DNA of 64,000 bases from the NCBI RefSeq assembly GCF_016026235.1, contig NZ_CP065613.1. The stretch is one strand, 5' to 3'. The notes under the pieces are model-generated. The model was not told the DNA's origin, did not search any database, and was given only the letters and a program-made list of their open reading frames with translations. The stretch is from Escherichia coli (GTDB taxonomy: Bacteria > Pseudomonadota > Gammaproteobacteria > Enterobacterales > Enterobacteriaceae). Position 1 is the first letter of the stretch; every line of letters starts with the position of its first letter. This document shows, piece by piece, positions 47,981 through 61,302 of this stretch. The translations under genes and the position numbers were made by a program.

Positions 47981-49403
47981 TTTGCCTCGGCTGGCGAGCG
48001 CGGTGCTGCCACTGTGTTCGCAACATCCCGGTCAGTGTGGTCTTTTCCCTCTGGAGAAAAGTCTGGATGCGTTTGCCGCCCGGTATCGTCTGGCCGAAAT
48101 GGCAGAGCATACGCTGGATGTTCAGTATTACATCTGGCAGGACGATATGTCGGGTCGGTTACTGTTTTCCGCCCTGTTAGCCGCAGCAAAGCGTGGCGTT
48201 CGCGTCCGTTTGTTGCTGGACGACAACAATACGCCCGGACTTGACGATATTTTACGCTTGCTTGACAGCCATCCCCGCATTGAAGTCCGGCTTTTTAATC
48301 CTTTCTCGTTTCGCTTGCTGCGTCCGCTTGGTTATATCACCGACTTTTCCCGTCTCAATCGCCGTATGCACAATAAAAGTTTCACTGTCGATGGCGTGGT
48401 TACCCTGGTGGGAGGACGAAATATTGGTGATGCCTATTTTGGGGCAGGGGAAGAGCCACTTTTTTCGGATTTAGATGTTATGGCAATAGGACCCGTGGTA
48501 GAGGACGTTGCCGATGATTTCGCCCGCTACTGGTATTGCAAATCGGTTTCACCCTTACAGCAGGTGCTGGATGTCCCGGAAGGTGAAATGGCGGATCGCA
48601 TCGAGTTACCCGCCTCCTGGCATAACGATGCCATGACGCATCGTTACTTACGCCAAATGGAATCCAGTCCGTTTATAAATCATCTGGTTGATGGAACGTT
48701 GCCGCTTATCTGGGCGAAAACACGTTTATTAAGTGATGATCCGGCGAAAGGGGAGGGCAAGGCAAAACGGCATTCACTGTTACCGCAGCGCCTGTTCGAT
48801 ATCATGGGCTCACCCAGTGAACGCATCGATATTATCTCTTCCTATTTTGTACCGACACGCGCAGGTGTGGCGCAACTCTTACGGATGGTGAGAAAAGGGG
48901 TAAAGATTGCGATCCTAACCAATTCTCTTGCCGCTAACGATGTTGCTGTCGTCCATGCCGGATACGCGCGCTGGCGCAAAAAATTGCTCCGCTATGGCGT
49001 GGAATTATATGAACTCAAGCCGACGCGTGAACAAAGTAGTACGTTACACGATCGCGGCATAACCGGTAATTCCGGAGCCAGCCTGCATGCTAAAACTTTT
49101 AGCATCGATGGTAAAACGGTGTTTATCGGCTCTTTCAATTTCGATCCGCGTTCAACATTGCTCAATACTGAAATGGGCTTCGTGATAGAGAGCGAAACGC
49201 TGGCACAGTTAATTGATAAACGCTTTATTCAGAGCCAGTATGATGCGGCCTGGCAGCTCCGTCTGGACAGGTGGGGACGGATCAACTGGGTTGATCGTCA
49301 TGCAAAGAAAGAGATTATTCTCAAAAAAGAACCCGCCACCAGTTTCTGGAAGCGGGTTATGGTCAGACTGGCGTCGATATTGCCCGTGGAATGGTTATTG
49401 TAA
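47973..49403 (+). CDS. clsC: Cardiolipin synthase C (PLD family)
   Basis: Two HKD motifs ([18 protein letters not shown]). The start is placed at ATG 47973, overlapping the ymdB stop. A TTG at 47982 would give the 473-aa K-12 annotation. Confidence 0.88.
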   Translation: MNDLPRLASAVLPLCSQHPGQCGLFPLEKSLDAFAARYRLAEMAEHTLDVQYYIWQDDMSGRLLFSALLAAAKRGVRVRLLLDDNNTPGLDDILRLLDSHPRIEVRLFNPFSFRLLRPLGYITDFSRLNRRMHNKSFTVDGVVTLVGGRNIGDAYFGAGEEPLFSDLDVMAIGPVVEDVADDFARYWYCKSVSPLQQVLDVPEGEMADRIELPASWHNDAMTHRYLRQMESSPFINHLVDGTLPLIWAKTRLLSDDPAKGEGKAKRHSLLPQRLFDIMGSPSERIDIISSYFVPTRAGVAQLLRMVRKGVKIAILTNSLAANDVAVVHAGYARWRKKLLRYGVELYELKPTREQSSTLHDRGITGNSGASLHAKTFSIDGKTVFIGSFNFDPRSTLLNTEMGFVIESETLAQLIDKRFIQSQYDAAWQLRLDRWGRINWVDRHAKKEIILKKEPATSFWKRVMVRLASILPVEWLL

Positions 49404-49410
49404 ATGTGGC

Positions 49411-50568
49411 TTAACGGGCTGGTGCTTTATCGTTCTCACGCTTAACAACCGGTTTACCAGAAAACAAAAACTTCAGTAACGGGATGCGTAAATGAATTTC
49501 ATACAGAATTATCGCAATCCCTACTACGAATATCAGGCCACAGAGAAAACCAAGCCAGTTGGAGGTGATGTGCGGTGTAATGTATGCGCCGAAAAACAGC
49601 GTTAACGGGTGGTGAACCAGATAGATAAATAGCGATGCGTTAACAAAGTAAGTCACCCGCGCTGACTGGAAGTTAAGCAAACGGTGGCCAAAGGAGAAGA
49701 CCACATTCACCATCCACAGACCGAGGACCATGGTGATCACCGACTCGGTTTCGTACATCCAGGCATCGCCACTGCCATAGCGCTGGTTGAGTAAATAAGC
49801 GACAAATGCCAATGCTGCTGCAAGGGTACAGCCACGAGACGGCGTGGTAAACAAGGCTTTAAGATGAGGGAAAATGAAAGCCAGTGCACCGAGGATAAAG
49901 AACGGCAAATAAAATAGCGTTTGCATGACAATAAAATTGAACATGCCATTACTCAGAATGGGCGGATACACAATAAAAATCGTTCTTCTTATTACCGCAT
50001 AGCCGATGCCGAGGCATAAAAAAATCACCGATAGTTTTACCATCGAGAATTTTTTATTCGTTTTATCAGAATTTTCTAAATTATTTCTGATGCGTTTAAA
50101 TATCCATACGCACAGCGTCGTCATGACTACTAACACCAGTAAAAACCACAGGTGTGATATTAATTCCCAGGCCAACGTATTATATTTGTCATACAATGAC
50201 AGCCCAGGCCAACTTTCCGCTTTCCCTTTGACGTATTGCAGCATAATAAATTGCGGCAATGTCAGTAAGGGGATGGCTGTTAACATCGGGATACCTACAC
50301 GTTCGACACGTACTTTCCACCATTTTTTCAAGGGATAGCGTAAAAAAAGCATGTAGGAAAAGTAGCCGGATATAACGAAAAATACCTGCATGCGGAACGA
50401 GTGGATGAAGTCATTAAAAAGGGTCAGCCACAATGACGGTTCGGCGCTATTCACATGCCATGTATGGCTCGAATAGATTAAAGAAATATGAAAAGGGATC
50501 CCTAACAACATCAGCCAGGCGCGGATGGAGTCGAGGAAATATTCACGTTGCGCGGGTACTGGATTCAT
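49411..50568 (-). CDS. opgC: OPG succinyltransferase OpgC (MdoC), acyltransferase-3 family
   Basis: 385-aa polytopic membrane ORF. Confidence 0.94.
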   Translation of the reverse strand: MNPVPAQREYFLDSIRAWLMLLGIPFHISLIYSSHTWHVNSAEPSLWLTLFNDFIHSFRMQVFFVISGYFSYMLFLRYPLKKWWKVRVERVGIPMLTAIPLLTLPQFIMLQYVKGKAESWPGLSLYDKYNTLAWELISHLWFLLVLVVMTTLCVWIFKRIRNNLENSDKTNKKFSMVKLSVIFLCLGIGYAVIRRTIFIVYPPILSNGMFNFIVMQTLFYLPFFILGALAFIFPHLKALFTTPSRGCTLAAALAFVAYLLNQRYGSGDAWMYETESVITMVLGLWMVNVVFSFGHRLLNFQSARVTYFVNASLFIYLVHHPLTLFFGAYITPHITSNWLGFLCGLIFVVGIAIILYEIHLRIPLLKFLFSGKPVVKRENDKAPAR

Positions 50569-50850
50569 ATATGGTTAACTAATCTCGGATTTTTCGTCTT
50601 ATCCCTGTCGGGTTATGCCTTTAGGCTTGTTGCCATAGCGACACCGACCTGACCGCGCCAGGCGCAGGCTTCAAGGTTTTTATGCATAGCATCATCGCTA
50701 CCACTAACCAGAATGGAAGCGTCTGTAAGACGGTTGATAAATAAAATTGCTGGCAAACCCTACACGAAGTCGATGCTTCTGTCTTTAGGAGAAGCACGGA
50801 AAGTGAAAACGGTTGCAATCAGGTGCTTAATCCATGAGCCAGCGTGCTGA

Positions 50851-55033
<4,183 letters not shown>

Positions 55034-55043
55034 AAACGTAGTT

Positions 55044-55142
55044 GCCTGATGCGCTACGCTTATCAGGCCTACATCGTTCCTGCAATTTATTGATTTTGCA
55101 AGATTTTGTGGGTCAGATAAGGCGTTCACGCCGCATCCGGCA
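55044..55142. repeat. REP pair
   Basis: GCCTGATGCGCTACGCTTATCAGGCCTAC and GTCAGATAAGGCGTTCACGCCGCATCCGGCA downstream of opgH. Confidence 0.8.
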
Positions 55143-55162
55143 AAAACAACGAGCCAATAAAA

Positions 55163-55189
55163 ATACCGGCGTTATGCCGGTATTTTTTT
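55163..55189 (+). terminator. Rho-independent terminator
   Basis: ATACCGGC-GTTAT-GCCGGTAT followed by a T-run. Confidence 0.85.
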
Positions 55190-55205
55190 ACGAAAGAGGT
55201 ATCAA

Positions 55206-55433
55206 ATGCGTTTAATTGTGGTGAGCATCATGGTGACCTTGCTGAGTGGCTGTGGCAGCATTATTAGTCGCACTATACCGGGGCAGGGGCATGGCAACCA
55301 ATATTATCCCGGTGTGCAATGGGATGTGCGTGACTCCGCCTGGCGTTATGTCACGATCCTTGATCTGCCATTCTCTCTGGTTTTTGATACTTTACTGCTG
55401 CCGATCGACATTCATCATGGCCCGTATGAGTGA
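55206..55433 (+). CDS. yceK: Lipoprotein YceK
   Basis: 75-aa ORF with lipobox LLSGC. Confidence 0.92.
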   Translation: MRLIVVSIMVTLLSGCGSIISRTIPGQGHGNQYYPGVQWDVRDSAWRYVTILDLPFSLVFDTLLLPIDIHHGPYE

Positions 55434-55808
55434 TTAACGTTCATCCCACTCATCAGCTGCTGCGCGTCCTTCCTCGGTATCCAGCGGTGGCTCAAGCTGA
55501 AATTCCCCCTCGTCCCATTCATGTAATGTATTCTCTTCCTGCCACTCCTGGCGTATCTCTATCTCATCATAGTCGCCATCAAAAACACTTTGCGCGGCTT
55601 CACCGCTAAGCATAGGTAAACATTCACCTTCTTCCCCTTCGTCGGCAAAAAACTCAACTTGCCACATGATGTCGCCGTCCTGCAAAACGTATTTTTGGGC
55701 ATTGAACTGTTGCACATTCGCATCTTCGGCGTCGATGCCGGGGTTGTCTGCAAGAAATTCTTCGCGTGCAGCGTCAATGGCTTCTTCAAGCGTTGCGTAC
55801 ATGGTCAT
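55434..55808 (-). CDS. msyB: Acidic protein MsyB
   Basis: 124 aa from the second Met (MTMYATLEEAIDAAR...), highly acidic. Confidence 0.93.
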   Translation of the reverse strand: MTMYATLEEAIDAAREEFLADNPGIDAEDANVQQFNAQKYVLQDGDIMWQVEFFADEGEEGECLPMLSGEAAQSVFDGDYDEIEIRQEWQEENTLHEWDEGEFQLEPPLDTEEGRAAADEWDER

Positions 55809-55890
55809 CACGATTCTCCCTTTGAGTTGATGAGGTTTCAGGGAAAAGGATAGCTGATTCTCCGCTTTTGCAAGTATGAAAGGCGAAAAA

Positions 55891-56939
55891 TCAGTTCGAT
55901 ACCTGGGGTATTCGACGACGACGTAGACTGTTCCATGAATAGACTGCGTTGAATAACACTACGCCAGCGGTGACGAGAAATACCGCTCTGAAACCGTAGT
56001 TCGCTGAAATCGCTGCTCCCATCAATGGTCCGGTAACGTTGCCAATATCACGAAACGATTGGTTATAGCTGAAGATACGCCCGGCGATCTGGTTGCTCGA
56101 GTTGTAAACCAACAGTGTCTGTACGGCGGGGAGTAGTGCACCATCGGCGGCACCGAGCAAAAAACGTAAAATCCCAAGTTGCAATGGCGTCTGAACGTAA
56201 GACATTGGGATCAACAGCAGTACAGAAAAGATCAGCGCTGTAATCAGGATCTTTTCGGGTCCGATTCGATCGCCAAGTTTGCCGAGTCGTGGTGCGCTTA
56301 GCAGAGCCGCCACGCCTGGCACCGAGGCGATCATGCCACTGATAAAGGCGACGTTACTGACGTTACCCGCCAGTTCGCGGACATACAGCGTCAGAATGGG
56401 GGCAATTGAGCCTGTCGCCACCTGGATGATTAACGTGGTGACAAACAGGCTGAGTACCAGTTTCGGGTTTTTAAGTGATGTCACCACTTCCCGCATGTGC
56501 AGCATCTCTTTTTTGCTGACCGGCTGGAATTTTTCTCTGATGCAGAACAGGGTGACGAAAAAGCAGAGTATGAGCACACTGGCGGTAATAAAGAATACCG
56601 GACGTAAGCCGTAGCTATCGGCGAGCAGGCCGCCAGCCATTGGGCCGAGCAACGCACCACTAACGCCGCCTGTGGAGAGCGTACCCAGCGCCCAGCCGCT
56701 TTTATTACGCGGTACTTGTGTGGCGATAAGAGCATTAGCGTTGGGGACAAATCCGCCAAGTAACCCAAGAAGCGCCCGTAGGATCAAAAACTGCCAGATA
56801 TTTTGTGCCAGTCCCATCAACACCATCACGATGCCCATGCCGAGAGCAGAGCGTAATAGCATGAGTTTTCGGCCTTTACGGTCGGCGAGTCCACCCCAAA
56901 ACGGTGAGGCGATGGCCGAAAATAAAAATGTAATGCTGA
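55891..56939 (-). pseudogene. mdtG: mdtG (MFS efflux pump), missing about the first 60 codons through insertion of a mobile element
   Basis: The reverse frame reads ...[35 protein letters not shown]... through to the stop at 55891. Recognisable MdtG sequence ends at about 56938-56940, where the composition switches to AT-rich. Confidence 0.88.
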
Positions 56940-57400
56940 TATTTGTTCCCTAAATACACTATGAGAACATACCTGTTAATTACAGGACAATATCAGGTGA
57001 ATGACCATGCAATTTAATAGTAGATTTCCAAGTATCTAAGCAGTTTTACACAGATTCTATGCAGTATCTTACAATCCCCTACACCACCTCTAAATAACAT
57101 AACTTATTGAAATATATAGAGAATCTGTAAAGCCTCTTTTCAGGGAACTATGCAGGGTGTTAGTCGTCCCTCTCCAGACACTACATATAGTGCTATATAC
57201 AGGGCCATATAACGATATATAGATGCTTGGTCACGTGGTGTAACTATCAAGAAACTTAACGATTTCCTGCGTGAAAGTTAGAAGTGATGGCTATAGTTAC
57301 CCTCCTGAATCTTCATAGTTGATTCGGTTAGTTGGGCTTGTTATGAAGATGCTTCATCCGAATCATCTACCAACCCCTAATCAACCTCATGCGCTCTATT

Positions 57401-57513
57401 AACCAGTCTCATAAGGAAGTCCTTTTGAGACACTTTCAACGTAACGGTAGAATGCACCCTCAAGTAGTCTCAAAAGGTTGTTTTTGGATTATGAGACTAA
57501 CTTTTGAGACTTC
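57401..57513. promoter_or_regulatory. res-like / operator array: five copies of CTTWTGAGAC around the recombinase promoter
   Basis: Motif positions: 57406-57415 (-), 57422-57431 (+), 57467-57476 (-), 57488-57497 (+) and 57501-57510 (+). They are arranged as two inverted pairs plus one half-site. Confidence 0.6.
57425..57453 (+). promoter_or_regulatory. Sigma-70 promoter upstream of the recombinase gene
   Basis: TTGAGA (57425-57430), 17 nt spacer, TAGAAT (57448-57453). Confidence 0.6.
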
Positions 57514-57526
57514 TAAGGGGAACATT

Positions 57527-58078
57527 ATGGCGATACTTGGATATTGCAGGGTGAGTACAGATGACCAATCCATCACTAACCAGCAAATGCAAATTGAAGA
57601 GGCAGGGTACAACATTGCTAAATGGTTCACTGATGAAGCTGTCAGTGGTTCTGTCAAAGCTTCTTTAAGAAACGGTTTCAGTAGTTTGTTAGCTTATGCA
57701 CGAGAAGGTGACACCGTAGTTGTGGTAGCTGTAGACCGTCTTGGACGTGACACAATTGATGTGTTATCAACGGTTAAAGCGCTACAGGCTAAAGGTGTGA
57801 CAGTTATCAGCCTTAGAGAAGGGTTTGACTTATCAAGCGCTATGGGTGAAGCAATGTTAGGCATTATGTCAACGTTGGCACAGCTTGAAAGAAGCTTGAT
57901 AGCAGAGCGTAGAAAGGCTGGTATTGAACGTGCTAAAGCTGAAGGGGTACATATGGGAAGACCTGTAAAAGCTTCTTCAGAGGCTGTACAGATGCTTATT
58001 TCACAAGGTAAAACGAGGTTGCAGATTCAGGAAGAGCTAGGAATCTCTAGAGCAACTTATTACAGACTTGCTAAATAA
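57527..58078 (+). CDS. Small serine recombinase (resolvase/invertase family)
   Basis: 183 aa from ATG 57527 with SD AAGGGG. Starts MAILGYCRVSTDDQ, containing the catalytic Ser. Also has VDRLGRD and a C-terminal GRP...ISRATYYRL HTH. Confidence 0.88.
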   Translation: MAILGYCRVSTDDQSITNQQMQIEEAGYNIAKWFTDEAVSGSVKASLRNGFSSLLAYAREGDTVVVVAVDRLGRDTIDVLSTVKALQAKGVTVISLREGFDLSSAMGEAMLGIMSTLAQLERSLIAERRKAGIERAKAEGVHMGRPVKASSEAVQMLISQGKTRLQIQEELGISRATYYRLAK

Positions 58079-58422
58079 GTTATTAAACAGTTACATGGAT
58101 GTGACTGATATTTGGCTTTTTTGCAAAGGGGGTGCTATATCGAGAATGTACCGTACCAAGCAGCTACAGACATCTGTTAGATATTTTCGAAGATTTTTAG
58201 AAGGGGAATTTGAAGAGGGGCTACTACGATTTTATAAAAATTTTCAGATTCTGAAAAGTTACTGTACAGAATACATACAGACATCTTTAAAGTATCTATA
58301 AAGACTTTTAAGATAAAAGATAGATATCCCAGAAAGGATATCCGTTTAGAAAGCCTGTTAAGTATCTCTTAAAAGAGAGTAAACCTTGTCAATAGTGATT
58401 GCAATAAAAATTTTTATTTCTT

Positions 58423-59085
58423 ATGTCAATTGAGCATATTTTAATCGGGAAACATCATGGGGGTTCTGATTACTGGAGAACTCCATTTCTTATATTCCGC
58501 AATTTGCACCGTGAATTTATTTTCAGTCTGGATGGTGCTGCAACTGAGCATGACACGCTGTTACCACGATTCACCGATGATATTCACAATCAGTCATGGG
58601 ATGGTGAAAGGGTCTTCGTTAACCCACCATACAGCGACACTAAAACATTCCTCGTAAAAGCGTCTGAAGCAGATTTAGCGGTATTCCTGATACCGTACCG
58701 ACCCCAAACCATATACTGGCTTAAGCACATCTTCACAAACCCGCTTTGCCATGAAATCCGTATTCTTCATCGTGCAGTTAAATACCTTCCACCAGCAGGG
58801 CATAACAGGCTTACTATTAGGTCACCGTTTCCAAGTGCAGTCGTTGTTTTTAAAAAAGAACCACGTAAGCATGAAATTACACAGATGATTTGCTGTGGTG
58901 ACACATTGCTACCGTTAACCATCATTAACCGTGGTGGACTAAGAGGAAGACCCACCATTTACCCACCTGAGACGCTCGACAGCTTCATAAAACTATACAG
59001 GCAAGGCAAACCCATTAAGTGCATTGCAGATGCTCTCAGAATGCCCCTGAGCACGTCATACAGGATTGCTCAAAGGTTGAGCTAA
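58423..59085 (+). CDS. Phage-type DNA N6-adenine methyltransferase (Dam-like) fused to a C-terminal Hin/resolvase-type HTH
   Basis: 220 aa with DYWRTP...FSLDGAA...VFVNPPYS (NPPY catalytic motif). The C-terminus reads GRPTIYPPETLDSFIKLYRQGKPIKCIADALRMPLSTSYRIAQRL. Confidence 0.75.
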   Translation: MSIEHILIGKHHGGSDYWRTPFLIFRNLHREFIFSLDGAATEHDTLLPRFTDDIHNQSWDGERVFVNPPYSDTKTFLVKASEADLAVFLIPYRPQTIYWLKHIFTNPLCHEIRILHRAVKYLPPAGHNRLTIRSPFPSAVVVFKKEPRKHEITQMICCGDTLLPLTIINRGGLRGRPTIYPPETLDSFIKLYRQGKPIKCIADALRMPLSTSYRIAQRLS

Positions 59086-59189
59086 AATTCTCATAAATAT
59101 GGTCATTTACAAGACAGGTGTTTTAGATATTAAGAAGTATCCCTGTGAACAATAAATGACCAATCAGTAATTATTCTGTGAAATAATTG

Positions 59190-59218
59190 TTGCAATTTAT
59201 AATCACATCTGTTATAGT
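59190..59218 (+). promoter_or_regulatory. Candidate sigma-70 promoter upstream of the rep gene
   Basis: TTGCAA (59190-59195), 17 nt spacer, TATAGT (59213-59218). A ~240-nt leader precedes the ATG at 59466. Confidence 0.45.
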
Positions 59219-59465
59219 TTCTATGGGCTGATAAAAGAACTCAGAACATTAAGAGGTTACAACGTTGGGAGGCGTCAGAGTATTGACGGATTTTCACAGC
59301 CTCTTATTCATTCAAGGCTTTTCCTTTTGCTGTTAATGCTCGCGTAATCGCTCAGGCTTCTGAGTTCCTTTATCAGTCCATCTTCTAATTAATTCACTCC
59401 CTCTGGGGTTGGTCACTATACGTGGTCAGCCCTTTCTTTGTTTTATTTTTAAAAAGGAAAACGTA

Positions 59466-60401
59466 ATGGAAAAATTTCACATGTTTGATGACCGTATTTA
59501 TCAGATGACTAATGGCGTTAAAGCTGCCGACCGTATTATTTACACTGTCATGTTGAATGAACAAAAGTTTTATCACGATAAGGGGCAATATTATACCCCT
59601 TCATATGCTCATCTTGGTCAGTATGCTGGAATCACAAGAACATCCGTGATTGCATGTATGAAACGACTTGAGGCACATGGTTTAATCAAGAAAACTAACG
59701 TTGCAAGCAATCAGTGTGTTATTAAAGTTTATTCACTTGATGAAGTACCGGAAGTTTTAACAGAGCTTACAGCTAAGGAAGCCAGAAAGGCAAAGCTGGA
59801 GTCTAAAGTTACTCAGTCAGTCAAGAAAGATGACCCACTGAGTCAAAATTCTTTACCCACTGAGTCAAAATTTTTTACTCAGTCAGTCAAAATCTTTGAC
59901 ACGTATAATAACAGTAATAACAAGAAAGAACTTATTAATAACAATAAAGAAGATGACTTTGAAGAAGAATCTCTTAAGAAGGGAGCTTCGCTCTGTGATT
60001 CACATGAATGTGATTCTCTTGGTATTGAAGAGGCTATTAAACAATCTGACTTGGATGACCTTGATAAAGAGGCTATTAAACAAGATGAAGTAAACTCTGA
60101 TGTGAATGAAGTTAGTGACCAGCAAGATACACCTTGCCGCCTCGAATCAACTGATGATGAATTACCGGATGTTGACCTTGATGATGAAGAAGACCCTGAA
60201 GAGGAATTGAAACGTGAACAGCGTAAAGCAGAAATTAAAGAAAGATTCAGAAAGGCGAAGCTAAAGAGCAGGATTGATGAACTTGATGACTTTGATGATA
60301 GTGACGATGATTTTACTTTTACACCAAAAAAGAAAACTCACACCGAGCCAAAGAAAGAAAAAGTTAAAGTCAGACGTGTTTATGGTGGAGGAATGTTTTA
60401 A
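59466..60401 (+). CDS. Replication-initiator-like protein (N-terminal winged HTH, acidic low-complexity C-terminal half)
   Basis: 311 aa from ATG 59466 with SD AAGGA. Contains GITRTSVIACMKRLEAHGLIKK (wHTH). The iteron array lies inside the coding region, as for lambda O. Confidence 0.6.
   Translation: MEKFHMFDDRIYQMTNGVKAADRIIYTVMLNEQKFYHDKGQYYTPSYAHLGQYAGITRTSVIACMKRLEAHGLIKKTNVASNQCVIKVYSLDEVPEVLTELTAKEARKAKLESKVTQSVKKDDPLSQNSLPTESKFFTQSVKIFDTYNNSNNKKELINNNKEDDFEEESLKKGASLCDSHECDSLGIEEAIKQSDLDDLDKEAIKQDEVNSDVNEVSDQQDTPCRLESTDDELPDVDLDDEEDPEEELKREQRKAEIKERFRKAKLKSRIDELDDFDDSDDDFTFTPKKKTHTEPKKEKVKVRRVYGGGMF
59811..59960 (+). repeat. Putative origin: four 22-bp-phased iterons followed by an AT-rich tract
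   Basis: ACTCAGTCAGTCAA (59811), ACCCACTGAGTCAAAATT (59833 and 59855) and ACTCAGTCAGTCAAAAT (59877). The AGTCAA cores sit at 59819, 59841, 59863 and 59885. An AT-rich run follows at 59899-59960. Confidence 0.65.
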
Positions 60402-60691
60402 TGAAAACTTATAATGGCGAGAGAAAATACCGTGACTATTTACTCAGACGTTACAGCATTTCTCGTGAAGGTTACTTGATGAAAGATACTCACGGGGAAG
60501 TTTACCGGATTCGACCGAAGAAAGAAGGGAGGGATTATTATTTCGTCGATGGTGTGACAGATTTAAAGATTGACGCTTTGAGGTTTGCAGTGATGTATCA
60601 TTTTGATATCTGGGATTCAGTCCACCAGCTACGATTAAAAGACGGTGACCCCAATAACTTAAAGGCCACCAATATTATCACAAAACGTTAG
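60401..60691 (+). CDS. Small NUMOD4 / HNH_3-like (homing-endonuclease-like) protein, probably degenerate
   Basis: 96 aa with a TAATG overlap with the rep stop. Has YSISREGYLM (NUMOD4-like) and VHQLRLKDGDPNNLKATNI (HNH_3-like). The call rests on motifs only. Confidence 0.45.
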   Translation: MKTYNGERKYRDYLLRRYSISREGYLMKDTHGEVYRIRPKKEGRDYYFVDGVTDLKIDALRFAVMYHFDIWDSVHQLRLKDGDPNNLKATNIITKR

Positions 60692-60873
60692 TTTGTTTTA
60701 CCATCATCAATCGTAATTGTGATTTCATATTTGAAAAGCTTAATGCTGAAATTGAATCGTGTACTTTTGGCGATAATCATTTTTAAAAGCTGATACACCA
60801 GAAGCACCAGAAACACAAAGCAACCTAAGCTTGCGAATCTGTGAGATTCAGCAATTGTTTCAAGAAAGCCCAT
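60688..60873 (-). CDS. Small single-pass membrane protein (hypothetical)
   Basis: 61 aa with an ATG start and SD AAGGGG. TM segment LGCFVFLVLLVYQLLKMIIA. It has its own promoter, TTGTCA-17-TATTAT (60953-60925). Confidence 0.5.
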   Translation of the reverse strand: MGFLETIAESHRFASLGCFVFLVLLVYQLLKMIIAKSTRFNFSIKLFKYEITITIDDGKTN

Positions 60874-60924
60874 TAATTCCCCTTATTTATCAAAGGGAAT
60901 GACCTGTATCAGCCCCCTATAAAC

Positions 60925-60975
60925 ATAATATCATGTAAATGAGATGTTGACAATATGTTAAATAAATGTTAAGAT
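60925..60975. promoter_or_regulatory. Divergent promoter pair with overlapping -35 hexamers
   Basis: Plus strand: TTGACA (60947-60952), 17 nt, TGT-TAAGAT (60970-60975). Minus strand: TTGTCA (60953-60948), 17 nt, TATTAT (60930-60925). Confidence 0.55.
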
Positions 60976-61011
60976 TGTAGTATGAGCAAGAGATTTAAGG
61001 AGATTTTTGCA

Positions 61012-61302
61012 ATGACTCACACAGTTACGCGCCTTTTGCCAGAGGCATTTGAACGACTGGCAGCAATCAAAGCCAAATACCCTGATATGAAGCACACAGC
61101 GCTTGTTGGAGAGCTTTTAAAAGAGTCGGTAGCCCTGACCCCTTTCGATAACGTTAAGGGCGTTGCAGAGGGTTCTAAGGCCATCAGAATCACAACAGGC
61201 CAACTGGAACTACTCAAAGCACAGTCCGCAGTAGCAGGTTGCTCAATGATTCAGGTGTTAAGCGCGAAGGTTCATCAACTGGCGGATAGATTGGAGGTTT
61301 GA
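61012..61302 (+). CDS. Putative tandem ribbon-helix-helix regulator
   Basis: 96 aa from ATG 61012 with a strong SD AAGGAG. Two RHH-like segments (HTVTRLLPEAFERLAAIKAKY... and KAIRITTGQLELLKAQSAVAG...). The fold is inferred by eye only. Confidence 0.5.
   Translation: MTHTVTRLLPEAFERLAAIKAKYPDMKHTALVGELLKESVALTPFDNVKGVAEGSKAIRITTGQLELLKAQSAVAGCSMIQVLSAKVHQLADRLEV

Noticed and set aside
56940-58078. A Mu-like transposable-phage end (a TG-starting terminus plus a Gin-like invertase next to a DNA-modification gene).
   Set aside because: The recombinase is followed by an iteron-type replication module rather than invertible tail-fibre segments. No MuA/MuB-like genes or Mu end repeats were recognised. 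The idea cannot be fully excluded without the other end of the element.
59394-59588. A 64-aa reverse-strand ORF overlapping the start of the rep-like gene.
   Set aside because: It is antisense to a better-supported gene with a good SD, is AT-rich and low-complexity, and has no RBS.
59811-59898. The regularly spaced 22-bp repeats considered as a possible mini-CRISPR array.
   Set aside because: There are only four units, with no unique spacers between them because the repeats are contiguous. They lie inside a coding region next to an AT-rich tract. An iteron-type origin explains them better. No CRISPR array is present anywhere in the window.
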